This document shows positions 31,393 through 42,400 of a stretch of 64,000 bases of DNA, piece by piece; the stretch's first letter is position 1, and each line of letters begins with the position of its first letter. This DNA comes from Trypanosoma brucei. Taxonomy: Eukaryota. The position numbers and the translations under genes are program-made. A model generated the notes under the pieces. That model did no database searches and was not told the DNA's origin. It was given only the letters and a program-made list of their open reading frames with translations. The stretch spans positions 2,400,001 through 2,464,000 of the forward strand of contig CM000208.1 of the NCBI GenBank assembly GCA_000002445.1, given 5' to 3'.

Positions 31393-33198
31393 ATGAATTC
31401 TGCTGCGAGTGAAGAGCAAACTAATGTGTTTCTGATGGCCATTCGGCCCGGAGGAATTCTGTATCCTCAACTTCAGTGTGCACCGATGGAGGTTTTGTGT
31501 TGCCCGCGGCAGTCGTCCCTTGTAGAAACCGGGTTTGCACCTTATCTCTCGCTTCCTGCGCCTGTTGAGAATTCGGTTGTTACGCTTTCTATCAACGAAA
31601 CGACATTTCACTTGACATCAACACAACAGGAAAAGGTGTCGCAGGTCCTTCGTGAGGAATTTCTCGTGTATCACACACTGCGTTTTGCGAGTGTTGCCTC
31701 GTCTTCGTTTGTTACTGGACGTGGACACAAAGGTGAGTTTTCTTCTGATCTGAAGAGCATAGCACGCTTTGGCCGTATCGGTGCCTGCGCGGTGATTGGT
31801 GACTCGATTACCGTTCAGCTGCAACAGCGAGAGGAAAGGACGCTCCCCGATGGAGGCGTCAATGTGTTCATTTTGGAAGAACCCTTTATGGATGCAAGCG
31901 AGAGGCAGAACTCTATCGCGGCGCTAAAGCGTGCAGTTGGTTGCTCAGATGATGGCTCTCCACAAAACGCTTTGGGGAGTAGTGGTGGGGCGTCTCCTTC
32001 GGGTCCCATGCAAGGCCGAGAGTGGCGCTACACGCGCGAGGCCATTGAGAGCTATCGGAGGGGTGTCTCAAAAGAAACAGATGAGCGCTTTGCCGAGTTC
32101 CAGCAGCTCATGAAGAAACCTATGTGCTTTCCCATAGTAAAGACACTTTCTGGATTCTTAGAAGCAGTGGATAAGCGAGACAGCCTCCAGATAAAGAGTT
32201 CGCATGTCACACACGCAATTACACTTTGCATGAACCAATGTAGGCAGATACCACTCCTTCTGGACGACTGGGAGAAGCTTCGCATCATCGAGGAGGGACT
32301 TGAAAAACATATAATGACTAAGTTGTTCAAACGTACGTTCGGCGTTTGCCCAGAAGAGCAAAAGTGTGAAGCGGAACTCAGCGAAAAGTTACACCGGTTG
32401 TCAAAGTCAGTTAGGGCACAGGACCTCGAGGCACTGGAGGAGGTTGAGAGCCATAATTGTTGGGAACAGGCAATGTACGAGTTGGACGCAATGAATTTTT
32501 TTAAATCACCGAGAGGCAAGTTTTTGTGCAGCCTACGTGCTTATCAGCAACTTACTGAAATAGTGAGAGATACTGTAGCAGAGATTAAGAAAGCAAGGGG
32601 CAAAAATCCAAACAAAGCTCTTGATGCTGATGACTTTGGGGCGAACGAATTTCTCCCTTGCTTCCTGTTGCTGGTTCTCCGTGCGTGCCCGCGTAACTTC
32701 TATCTGAATGTGCAATATGTGAAAAACTTTCACAGCCCTGACAGAATGACACCAGAGGAGAGTTACTGCCTTGCTACACTGGAATCAGCAGTGAGTTTCT
32801 GGCAGTCATACTCCAACGCAAGCACAGGCACGGTAACCCCAGCATGCGCAGTACCTGCTGCCCCTGCTCCCGTGTCGTCGGCACCCGTACCTGTTGTGGA
32901 ACCGCAATTACAACCCCAAGCTAACTTCTTGGATAGTCTATTCACCTCTCCAGCCTCTTCTATCATTATTCCAACTTCTGGACCAGTGGATCTGAGTTCC
33001 TCGTATAACTTTGATGACTTCTTTAACGGCGGTGGGGGCACTGTTCTAACGCCCCCAAAGAAGGAGAACAAAATTAATGTGACGAAGTTACTGCTGGACG
33101 ACAAGAAGGCATTTGACGATCTCAGTGTAGCGGAGCTCCGCGCAGTCGTGGAGGAAGCGCGATCTCTCCTTGCAGAGAAGCGGAACGCCCGGTCGTAA
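31393..33198 (+). CDS. VPS9-domain protein (Rab5-family GEF)
   Basis: VPS9 catalytic core: DADDFGANEFLPCFLLLVLRACPRNFYLNVQYVKNF.....MTPEESYCLATLESAVSFW (compare ADDFLP.LIYVV..A.P..L.SNLQYI.RF......GE.GYY.T.L.AA..FI). The track ORF starts at a TTG (31381); the first ATG is 31393. Confidence 0.7.
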   Translation: MNSAASEEQTNVFLMAIRPGGILYPQLQCAPMEVLCCPRQSSLVETGFAPYLSLPAPVENSVVTLSINETTFHLTSTQQEKVSQVLREEFLVYHTLRFASVASSSFVTGRGHKGEFSSDLKSIARFGRIGACAVIGDSITVQLQQREERTLPDGGVNVFILEEPFMDASERQNSIAALKRAVGCSDDGSPQNALGSSGGASPSGPMQGREWRYTREAIESYRRGVSKETDERFAEFQQLMKKPMCFPIVKTLSGFLEAVDKRDSLQIKSSHVTHAITLCMNQCRQIPLLLDDWEKLRIIEEGLEKHIMTKLFKRTFGVCPEEQKCEAELSEKLHRLSKSVRAQDLEALEEVESHNCWEQAMYELDAMNFFKSPRGKFLCSLRAYQQLTEIVRDTVAEIKKARGKNPNKALDADDFGANEFLPCFLLLVLRACPRNFYLNVQYVKNFHSPDRMTPEESYCLATLESAVSFWQSYSNASTGTVTPACAVPAAPAPVSSAPVPVVEPQLQPQANFLDSLFTSPASSIIIPTSGPVDLSSSYNFDDFFNGGGGTVLTPPKKENKINVTKLLLDDKKAFDDLSVAELRAVVEEARSLLAEKRNARS

Positions 33199-33674
33199 GG
33201 CCACGATAAGGCGTGGGGAGAAAATTGGACGTTCTTTATTTTTGAAACTGTTATGTTTCTTCAGTTGCCGCGGTTATTGCGGTTTTTGTACTATAGCGAC
33301 TATCGGCCTGTATTACCTCCCGATTTGTAGGGCATAGGTGAGCCACTAGTGTGCTTTTCCCATAAAGCAGTTGTGTTGAAACCGTCCTCGCGTGCACCTC
33401 CCACACCCGTTTTTTTTTTCATCCTCCAATTTTGGTTTGGCCTTCGTGTACGACGGTGTGGCATCTTTTTTGCTGTGCAAAATGTGTGTGTAGTCCGTCC
33501 ACGGTGCTGAAATGGGGAGGTTACTCTGTTTCCTTTCGGTTTTCCCTTCTTGTGGTCGTTGCTCTTTTACCACACTTCCATCACTGCGTGGTGAGCGAAC
33601 GTAAACCCACGTACTCATCACTGTTTTGTTTTTGTCGTGACATACTTCTTGCTGTTGAAACTATTTCTTGTGCA

Positions 33675-33705
33675 TATATATATGTGTGTGTGTGCTTGTG
33701 TGTAT
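33675..33705. repeat. Compound (TA)n(TG)n microsatellite
   Basis: atatatatatgtgtgtgtgtgcttgtgtgt is directly visible. Confidence 0.85.
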
Positions 33706-33969
33706 TTGCGTCCTTCAATATGCCTTCTTTCTTTTCCCTCCTGGGAATGCACCGTGCTAACTGTAACAGCAGTGATGATGGTTTGCTGTCTTGATGACTT
33801 GTGCTGTTGTTGTTGTTTTTTCCGAACTGGGTTTCCCCTTTTTTCGTGATTTATAACAACATAGTAAAAGGAAGAACCGAAGTTTCTACAAAATTTTTAC
33901 ACATTAATACTCGCAACGTTACGCCGCGCACGCATTCACTTTCGACCTGCTTTCATCTCTTCAACGCTG

Positions 33970-34272
33970 ATGTCCGCCGAGGCCGTAGCAGACCTGGAGA
34001 GGCGTGCCGCCGCCGCTGAAACCGCAATTGGGGAGTTGAGTTTGCGACTTCAAACAATGGGCTCGAGTGTCGGGGCAGGTATTGAACCAAGGCTACGAGA
34101 ACTGCTTAAACTAATGCACGAAGACCGCGCAGAATTTGAGGCAGTGCGGGCCCAGCGCGATGAGCTGAAGGAAGAAAACGAGAGACTCAAGATACAAGTG
34201 GCAAAGCATGAGTATCGCATCAAACACTTATTGAGAACAATAGAGGAAATCTCTCCGGAGGAGAACTCGTAG
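33970..34272 (+). CDS. Small coiled-coil protein (100 aa), hypothetical
   Basis: Heptad-like charged sequence (ELLKLMHEDRAEFEAVRAQRDELKEENERLKIQVAKHEYRIKHLL). Coding-like codon usage, and the polyY-rich 33640-33800 lies upstream. No homolog recognised. Confidence 0.35.
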   Translation: MSAEAVADLERRAAAAETAIGELSLRLQTMGSSVGAGIEPRLRELLKLMHEDRAEFEAVRAQRDELKEENERLKIQVAKHEYRIKHLLRTIEEISPEENS

Positions 34273-35879
34273 TGATATGAAGTAAAAGGGAGTGCATGCG
34301 TCACTTTATTTTCATTCATCCACAGTTGTGTTTGGATGGAAAGAGGCTATCGTGGTCGCGGCAAAGCTCTCCCCACGCCATTATGATAAGCTTCTTCAAA
34401 CTCTTTACCTTGTTCACACCGGCGGTCCATCACGTCCAAGAAAAAGAGTTAAGCGACCACCCATGTTTCGTAAACTATACATTGTCACCTTCCTTTAACG
34501 ACACGTACAGGGGGAAATGTGGACGGGACACTGCATGGCCATGTGTAGGGTGTATGATCCCGTAGCTCACTGCACTTCCTCACTTTACCAACTTTTTCTA
34601 CCCTATAACGTCGTGTTTATGTGGCCTGTTGTTATGCTTCCTCCCTTTCTCCTCTCCTCTCCTCTCCTTCCCCCCTTCTTTTGTCTTTTTAACATTTGCC
34701 TCTGCCCGTCATTTCCCCTTTCTATTTAGTAACGATAATGAAGGCGCTTGAAAGCTGGTGCGGTTAGAGCACATTGCTTGGGTTGGGAGAAACCCCCTCA
34801 CCGTCGTCCAGAGCGAGGTGGCGACGTGGGGAGTGTTGGTGGGGAACATCAACGAAACATTTTGTGGATGGTTGCAGCAATGTGTATACATGTATAAATT
34901 AGAATTGTTGTGTACTTGGATTGGGAGTTGGTTTGCGGGCGATACTCCAAGCAGGAGCACGGAGAGGCAGGGAAAGGAAAACATGCAAATAACAAAGCCT
35001 TTAAGAGAACACCAAGAAGAGTGGGTGGGTGGCGTAATTTCTTCTATATGTTTTATCGTCAGACATCCTCTCGGTACTGTTTGCCGGTATTCGGATATGA
35101 TACCGCAAGTACTGTGCGTGTATATGTGTGTGTGTCGGCCGCAGAATAGTGGTGGTATGAGGAAACGGGGTGTGATAAACACTTTCATGCGACTCTTGTT
35201 GTATGGCAACTTACCCAGTTTTACGTTGAGTAACCACCACATACACGTGGATGAGTATGTGCCGTTGTTGTTACTGTTTTTGGCATCTTTAAGTTATCTG
35301 CTTCATTTTATGGTTCCGCTCCCAGGTGCATAAACAATCATGCGTCTCATTTATTATGTTTTGTTGTTTGTTTCATGTCCCTTACTCCCTTCGTTTTCTT
35401 TTTTTACTAATTATTACACTTAATAGGCTGTGAGAAGTCTGCAAGGAGGCACCCACAGCAACCGAACCGAAGAGGAAGAAGAAAAAAAAAAGTGGGGCGC
35501 ACTGAACTGGGTGTTCCCGTTGTTTGGGAGCACGTGGAGTGGGAGAAGCTTAAGGGTTGAAGAAACAGAAAAGGGTGCGGCGAGACACGTGTAACAAATC
35601 ACGTCTACCCGCACAGCAACACCAATAGTAGCAGCAGCGGTAACAACAAAGGAGGAAGAGGGAAGGAAAAGTTGTGTGAAGGACGGCGCTGCGCTGGAAG
35701 GCGACCGCGGGGAACGAACGGAATCAAAAAGAAAGCAAGAAAAAAAATAAAACCCCGCGAAGGACAGGCGAGGGAGTAAAGGCAAAAGCGGTACAATATA
35801 AGAGTTAGGGAGTCGTATTGTGTGGACAGCAGCAACAGTTATAACAGCGGGCTGTGTCGACAGAACTAAACTCGCATAT

Positions 35880-35950
35880 ACACACACACAAAAAAAAGAA
35901 CACTCTCATACATTCGTCATCTTCCATTTGTCTTTCTTCAGGTGTGCTCG
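35880..35950 (+). promoter_or_regulatory. Polypyrimidine tract + AG upstream of the polytopic membrane protein gene
   Basis: cacacacacaaaaaaaagaacactctcatacattcgtcatcttccatttgtctttcttcag. Confidence 0.4.
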
Positions 35951-36420
35951 TCCGACTCTCGCCTCGCCGTATTCTTGCAATTGTCCAGACGCACTCATTT
36001 GTACCCAATACACTTACAGCCATATATTTATACACCCGGTTGTTAGGTGCTTCCAGGGTGAAAAACGGAACGTGGAGAGGTAACGGTGACATTTTCCTTC
36101 CCCAATCGACGTTGAGCACAAAGGGAAAGGGGGAAGGCATAATATTTTGTTATTGAACGAAGCAAAAAAGAAAGAAAGGGAGGGGGACAAAGGGGGTTTG
36201 GTTTGTTTTTCCGTGTTTACTTTGATCTGTAGGATTATCTGTTGTTTTCAGTTTGTTCCTTAGTTTTGTTTTTTGCCGCATCCAGTGTGGAGCAGCTAAC
36301 GGTTGTATTCAGGAAGAGAGGAAAGGAGTGAGTCAGTTGGAGAAAAGAAGAAAAGGGAGAATATTAATATTAACCAAAATAAACCGACGACAAAGTGTTT
36401 CCTTCTTGGGTGGCTTTATT

Positions 36421-39400
36421 ATGTTGTTGGGGTTGAAAGATCTTTTTATTGTACGCGGGGGAGCTGCCCACAGGCCAACTCTTCAGTGTGATGAAGACGG
36501 TTTCGTCGTGTACCTTATGCTTCTTGTGGCTTATTGCATTTGTGTTTGCTTCACCACATGGAACTACGGGAGGACATGCTCTCCGGTTGTGTTGGAGACC
36601 ATCATTTTACTTGCGCGAGTTATGGTTGGAAATAGTGAATTGTTGTTCAAAGGGGATCAAGCTGCAGCGTGGGCTGGGTTTGGTGGCCCGCATCGGTCTC
36701 CAAACGGGGAAACCTCTTCGCACGGTGTTGGGTCGCAGCAGCGGCGAAAGGATCGAGTAATTTCAAAGCCCACGTTTGCCCCGGTGCCGTTTTTTTCAGT
36801 TTGTGCTGCGGCGTTTTTGATTGTATCTGCTTTTACTACGTTGTTCTGCAAGACAGATGCTTGTTTACTGCACTCCACCCGAATTGCATTTGGTCTCAGC
36901 ATGGTAATCATGCCCGCTACTCTCACGGGTCGCAAGGCGTTCATGCTCGCGGGGGGTTGTTATCTCGTATATGTGTTTTGGGGGCCTTTCGCCCTCTATA
37001 TCCAACAGTTTCAAGAGTCTGGTACGCACACTTGGTGGCACTCTCTTTACTCCCGTTACAGCACGGCCCTTGCACTTACTGTGCTGCTGATGGACGTTAG
37101 AGATTTCACCCAGTGCCAGTTGGGTAGAAAGTGTGTGGCGGCTTTTCCAGCGCTAGAGAAACTGGTGAAAATCATTCCAGATTCTTCGTCACATGGAGAT
37201 GATAAGGTCTGGGGGGTTTCAATCAGTTATGTGTGTTTCGTGTGTTCCATCACCACCATGACGCTTTGTTTGTGGGCGTCTTCGATGATGCTTGAGAGAT
37301 CATTGGATGTGTCATGCACAGGAGTTTTTTGTGCGTTGGTCGTTGTACTGAAAATTGCGGATGGCTGCTTAGCGAAAGGCTTCATGAAGGCATTGCGGGA
37401 ATCCTTTCCATTGCTCACAATTAGTGCTCTTCTGGTCGCTGTTGTTTACTATTGTGTGCCCGTCGAGTCGCACCCGATAGTAGCGGGGAGTATGCCGTGC
37501 TCGATGGTGGTTGTTTACATTGCAAACCGGTGCCCTTGTGGTTCATATTCTGAAACGATATTTTTACTTATGTGGCTGACGATGTTTGGGTCGGTATATC
37601 GGGGCTCGAGCTTCGCCCATGTGATCGAGGGTCGTTACGTATTTCCTAACCAAATGCTTCACTTGGTTACCATTGGTGTTGGCTTTCATACCCTGTTTGT
37701 ATTGGGGTTTGCCACTCTCACACAAGGATCTCACCCATGCAGTGGGCCGTTGCTGCCGCTACTTAAAAGAGTGACCGCCATACTGAGGGAGTTGCGCCTG
37801 TTGAACAAGGGTCGGTGTGGACGAAAAGAGGAGAGAAACACTCGATCATCACCGCCACCACAAACTGTGGTGGAGAGGTCGCCTCTAAGGGTCGAAACGC
37901 GTGGTGCCGAAAAGAATGGTAACTCTACCGAGGGAAATCTCTATGTGATGTCATCTGAGTTGCCTTCATTAACGAAGTTGGTCAAAATGGAGGCAGAACT
38001 CAGCGCAGAAATTTCAAGCACGACAGAACAACCCAGCCAAGACGATGACGAATTTTTTGGTGTTGTACACAGGGGGTCGACGGGTGAGGGTGTGAAGCGG
38101 TTGGAGTGTTTAGTCGATCACGGATCAGCAGTGGAGAGCACACAAGGAGTTTCACAGCATGAGTCCCCAACTGCCACACCCATTTTGGTACACGAGGGAC
38201 ACTTCAATGAATCTCACATGGACGCGAGAGAAGAAGAGGCGGAAACGACACCAGCATTTGAGGACATTAGGGAAATGGAATGCCCCAAAAAAGAGATGGA
38301 GGAGAAGGTGATGATTATATTGGAGGAAAGGCAGGAAAGCAGAGTGAGGGACGTTGCCGACCAGTCGTCAGAGATGGGGAAAAGGAAGTTGTCGGCGAAC
38401 GGTAACAGCAAGGCGACGTATGCAGAGGCCGTCCTCGAGGATCTACAAGCCGAAACCAAGGCGGCGAAACTCATTACTGCTCAACAGAAGGCGCAACAGC
38501 CGGAAGAATCACTTGATAAGCAACAACTTCTGCGAGACTCGGGGCTTTCCGAACCGAAGAAAAACGTTTTGCGTGCCTCCACCTCCGCAGAAGGATCGCT
38601 TAAAAGGAGTGGTGATGCTTCTGAGCGTGTTCCTGTGGGGGCGGTAGTGAAGATGTCGCGGCAACACCAAGCAGCAGCAAAATCGAAGAAAGAATTAACC
38701 GTGCCATTGCCCAAATGCATGGTGACGGCGCAGGAAATGTCAAGCACACCAGCGCTGGTAGCAGCGGATGTGGCAGCTGAAAGGCCTTCAAAGAAAGAAG
38801 TGAAGCACGCAACAACGCCTAAGCGCAATACGGCGGAGGTCGAGGCAGAGAAGCAGAAAGGCACTGCAAAAGGTGTTAATCAAAAAGGTGGTAAAGTCCT
38901 TCAAGATGAACCTGCGAAGAAACCTCGTGCAGTAGCGGACAGCTTGAAACAGAAGGAGAAAGTTGAGTCAAGACGACGGAAAGACGAGAAGGATCCGACG
39001 CGCTGTACTTCTGACAGCAAGCCGAAGCAATTTATCCCTTCACTTCAGAACATTGGGGCCCAAGTTGGTGATAATTGTCGAGAGGACGGGAATGCAAACG
39101 ACACCAAAACAACAACTGCAACTGGTGTTGCAGCGGACCAGCCATCCTGTACTTCAAAGAACTCCGCGGTTGCCAGCGAAACACGTGAGTGTGTAGCCAT
39201 CTCTATACCGCAACCGCGTTCCTGGAGCAGCCCTGCCCAAAATACATCGCTAGTGCTTAATCCCATTGCGGCGGAGGCAAATTCAAGGAAAACCACATGT
39301 TGGAACACTTCTTCAGTAAATGACGGTTGTGAAGCTGCCGGTTTTGGCGATCAGATTTCCTTATTGGGAAAAACATCATCTCCATGGGAGACGCCTCCCT

Positions 39401-40086
39401 CTCTCGGGGAGAGCCCTTTGGCCGAGTTGTCGCAACTGTACCTCACTGCGGGCCCCATGTGTGAGGCTCCACAAGGGGAAACAACACGGTCCATACCTTT
39501 GGAGGCACGCAACGCGCTGGAAAACTTTGCGAAAGCGTGGGAACCCCGCGAGAACGTTACACATCTACCCCGGGAAAGTGGTTTGGAGGGTGGTTCCCCA
39601 CAGAAGGAGGGAAAGAGAAGGCAATCTGTCGGGGGTGTGTGGGCGGGAATTCCCCTTTCCGTTGCAACAGATTCCAAGGGTTTGCAACTCGTAAATCACG
39701 AAGCAGCGAGCTCACCTAACATTTTCAACGTTTCTGAACCCCCTACGACCATGTCAAACAGTGGAATGGCTGAGGGTTTGGAGCACCAAACGGCACCTTC
39801 ATCGGTGGAGGAACATCACTTTGCACGTCTCCAATACCCAGCCGCCCAGCAAGCACAACTGCTCATGATGGCAGACGGGCGGCTGGCAATGTACCCTGTG
39901 TATTCCCCTCCTTACGTGCATCAGGCTGTTGTTATGTCCCCACCGCATGGCGGTGCTGCGGTGCCCCACCACCACGTCCAACATCAACATTCGCTTGCTT
40001 TTTATCCGCAGGTCGTTGTGCCCGTGTCACAGATGCCCTCTGGAACGTGGTCGCCCTACGCCCAAAGCCCCGGAGTTCATCAGTAG
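36421..40086 (+). CDS. Polytopic membrane protein (>=10 predicted TM helices) with ~870-aa disordered, charged C-terminal tail; hypothetical
   Basis: The ORF runs 36253..40086, and the first ATG after the splice-acceptor region is 36421 (MLLGLKDLF). Residues ~20-480 contain many hydrophobic helices. The rest is E/K/S/T/A/Q-rich and ends in a P/H/Q/Y-rich segment (YPVYSPPYVHQAVVMSPPHGGAAVPHHHVQHQH). Confidence 0.6.
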   Translation: MLLGLKDLFIVRGGAAHRPTLQCDEDGFVVYLMLLVAYCICVCFTTWNYGRTCSPVVLETIILLARVMVGNSELLFKGDQAAAWAGFGGPHRSPNGETSSHGVGSQQRRKDRVISKPTFAPVPFFSVCAAAFLIVSAFTTLFCKTDACLLHSTRIAFGLSMVIMPATLTGRKAFMLAGGCYLVYVFWGPFALYIQQFQESGTHTWWHSLYSRYSTALALTVLLMDVRDFTQCQLGRKCVAAFPALEKLVKIIPDSSSHGDDKVWGVSISYVCFVCSITTMTLCLWASSMMLERSLDVSCTGVFCALVVVLKIADGCLAKGFMKALRESFPLLTISALLVAVVYYCVPVESHPIVAGSMPCSMVVVYIANRCPCGSYSETIFLLMWLTMFGSVYRGSSFAHVIEGRYVFPNQMLHLVTIGVGFHTLFVLGFATLTQGSHPCSGPLLPLLKRVTAILRELRLLNKGRCGRKEERNTRSSPPPQTVVERSPLRVETRGAEKNGNSTEGNLYVMSSELPSLTKLVKMEAELSAEISSTTEQPSQDDDEFFGVVHRGSTGEGVKRLECLVDHGSAVESTQGVSQHESPTATPILVHEGHFNESHMDAREEEAETTPAFEDIREMECPKKEMEEKVMIILEERQESRVRDVADQSSEMGKRKLSANGNSKATYAEAVLEDLQAETKAAKLITAQQKAQQPEESLDKQQLLRDSGLSEPKKNVLRASTSAEGSLKRSGDASERVPVGAVVKMSRQHQAAAKSKKELTVPLPKCMVTAQEMSSTPALVAADVAAERPSKKEVKHATTPKRNTAEVEAEKQKGTAKGVNQKGGKVLQDEPAKKPRAVADSLKQKEKVESRRRKDEKDPTRCTSDSKPKQFIPSLQNIGAQVGDNCREDGNANDTKTTTATGVAADQPSCTSKNSAVASETRECVAISIPQPRSWSSPAQNTSLVLNPIAAEANSRKTTCWNTSSVNDGCEAAGFGDQISLLGKTSSPWETPPSLGESPLAELSQLYLTAGPMCEAPQGETTRSIPLEARNALENFAKAWEPRENVTHLPRESGLEGGSPQKEGKRRQSVGGVWAGIPLSVATDSKGLQLVNHEAASSPNIFNVSEPPTTMSNSGMAEGLEHQTAPSSVEEHHFARLQYPAAQQAQLLMMADGRLAMYPVYSPPYVHQAVVMSPPHGGAAVPHHHVQHQHSLAFYPQVVVPVSQMPSGTWSPYAQSPGVHQ

Positions 40087-40539
40087 CGCGGTCCGTGCAT
40101 CTAATATTTTAGATTGAAGTTGGACGGGGGTAAGCAGTGTCCACGAAGTACATTTTTGCGTACTTGCATATGTATGGAAGGGAAGTTGAGTGAGGGAGGG
40201 AGGGAAAACAAAAAGGAAAAGCACAGGTGGCGATGTCCTTGGATCTGTATTTGTCTCTGCAGTGTATCATTTGTTGTGTTAACTCACCCGTCTCTGCTAC
40301 CGCTGCTGGTTTCGTGGACGTTCCGCTCGTGGGAAGATGTACAGCCCGATGTGTCGAACCGAGCATCTACCTCAATGGCAGGTGTGTGTGCGATTTCAAA
40401 GGGATTATTACTTACCTCTCCGAGATGGTATTAAAAGGAGGAGTCCTTTGCGTTGAGGAAGGACGGGGTTAGTCTGACGGGCTGGCGCATTGTTAATTCT
40501 TCTTCGCTGCACTGTGGCACGAGGGTCTTTGCAAATTGC

Positions 40540-40601
40540 ATGTGTGCGTTTGCGTTTGCGCTCACGTGTGTGTGTGTGTATGTGTGTGTGTGTGTGTGTT
40601 A
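40540..40601. repeat. (GT)n-rich microsatellite (~60 nt)
   Basis: catgtgtgcgtttgcgtttgcgctcacgtgtgtgtgtgtgtatgtgtgtgtgtgtgtgtgtt is directly visible. Confidence 0.9.
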
Positions 40602-42075
40602 TGTAAATATGTAAGCACTCGGACCTTTGAAGGAGAGGAGCAGGTGTACTGGGAGGTTACGTATATGTGCACATATATATTACTCATGTATACGTTACGA
40701 AGGTATTACTTGGACAGGTTTATGCGGACGGCAACAAGAGTAAATGAGCATAAGAAGGAAAAGTTAAAAAAAAAACAAAGAAAATAAAAAACAAAGGGAA
40801 TCTGAACGCAACTTTTTGTACGTGAAGGGTAGTGAGGAAGGAGGTGCCTATGTAAACATAGAGAATTTTTTTTCTGAGGAAAAGCCCTTCATTGTCACTT
40901 TTTTTTTTGCTTTTCGGTCCCTACTTTCCTCTTCCATCTTTTTATTTTTGTTCACCGGTGATCGTAACCTAATGTGTTATTGCTCTCCTCTACGTTGTGA
41001 TTACACTTTCACGGATGTGTGATGGAGGTGGTGGTGGTAATCACTCTTTTTGCTTCCTCATGGTTTGTAAACTCGCGACGTTTCGAACACCTCACCCCAT
41101 TTTCTGTTTTTTTACAGCGGTTTGTGGCTGTCATTGACATCCGGTACTGCTGCCACGTGCCCAAGCTGGCCACAGTGGTGCCCACACAACAAACCGGATG
41201 GTGTGTTCTCTCGTCTGCGTGTGAAGGAAAAGGGAATGTAAAGAGTGAGGGGGATTCCACGCAAAAATTGTGTGAAAGGGATGAGATTGCTACGGGGTGG
41301 AGGGGCGGTTGCAGGAACGAAGGGAAGGAGTGGAATGCGATAAACCACCAAAAAAAAGAAAAAAAATAGGAGTTTTCTTTTTTTTTTTTAATTTTCCCTT
41401 TCGTTACTACTTCTCGCGTATTGAGCAATTCTAAAGTACACTCGGTTGATGGTGGGATAGTTTTGTTGATGGTTACTTGGAGGAGGAGAGAAATCTGTAG
41501 GGAAAGCGTGGGTATGTGTGTGCATGAAAGCTTGAAGTATTTTGAAGAGTGATACAATGGTGCCCATGTACTTCGTAGCTAACAATATACATATGTACGC
41601 ACATGCGGAAGATATATCAACACTGGTGAAGCGAAGGGCGGCGAAGAAGCTGCAATCCACACGCCAATCACTTTGTTGGTATCCCTTTTCTACTGCTATC
41701 CCGCGAGAAGAGGAGGAAAAAAAAAGAAAACAAAAAATGGAAAAGGAGACGGGGGAGTCACACGGCATGCTTTTCGCGTACCGCACAGATGTTTTCTCAT
41801 TTTTTTTCTTTTTCGGAGCAGTTGTTGACTCTTCAATGACTTTACGTACACATGCAAGATTAACACTCTCGCACATATCACGTGCGATACCTCATGCTCA
41901 ATTCCGCATGTGTGATGTTTGACCAAACCTCGTCTCGTCTTGATCGAGTATGTTCGGCTTTACGCATTGCATCGGAGCATGCGGGTGGGTTGCTATGCGG
42001 CCTGTTGGCATGGTTATTGTGGTGTGCAGGCGGTGAGAGTGAAAGTAAAGAAATTTATATAATGTCTGTATAGTG

Positions 42076-42104
42076 GTATATATATGTATATATATATATA
42101 TATG
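42076..42104. repeat. (TA)n microsatellite
   Basis: gtatatatatgtatatatatatatatatg is directly visible. Confidence 0.9.
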
Positions 42105-42380
42105 CACATAACAGGGAGTAAGTTTCGACTATATACATTGATTGATTGGGAGGGGAAAGGTACAATGGAGTAAAAGGTGGAAGGAGAAAGGAGGGGAACG
42201 TGTGGAAGATTGTTATCCGAAAAGACACCAATTTACGCTCAAACGTACGTGTCGTCTTTGTTTCATTTTCCTTTAGCTGGTGTTGTCCATTTTTTTTTAC
42301 CTTATTTTTCTTTCTTGTGCACATTACTTTTGTTGTCGACTACCATCCCTTTCTTATTATTTTTTTTTGATAATTCTTTC

Positions 42381-42400
42381 TTTTTTTTTTGGGGGGGGGG
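42381..42400. repeat. T10-G10 homopolymer junction
   Basis: tttttttttt followed immediately by gggggggggg and then aggg. Confidence 0.9.

Noticed and set aside
34758-35333. 191-codon + strand ORF in the 34273-36420 gap
   Set aside because: It starts at GTG, and its first ATG is 40 codons in. The composition is W/C/G/V-rich, reflecting GT-rich DNA, and it has no domain. Most likely UTR or intergenic.
40536-40787. 83-aa ORF MHVCVCVCAHVCVCVCVCV...
   Set aside because: It is a direct translation of the (GT)n microsatellite.
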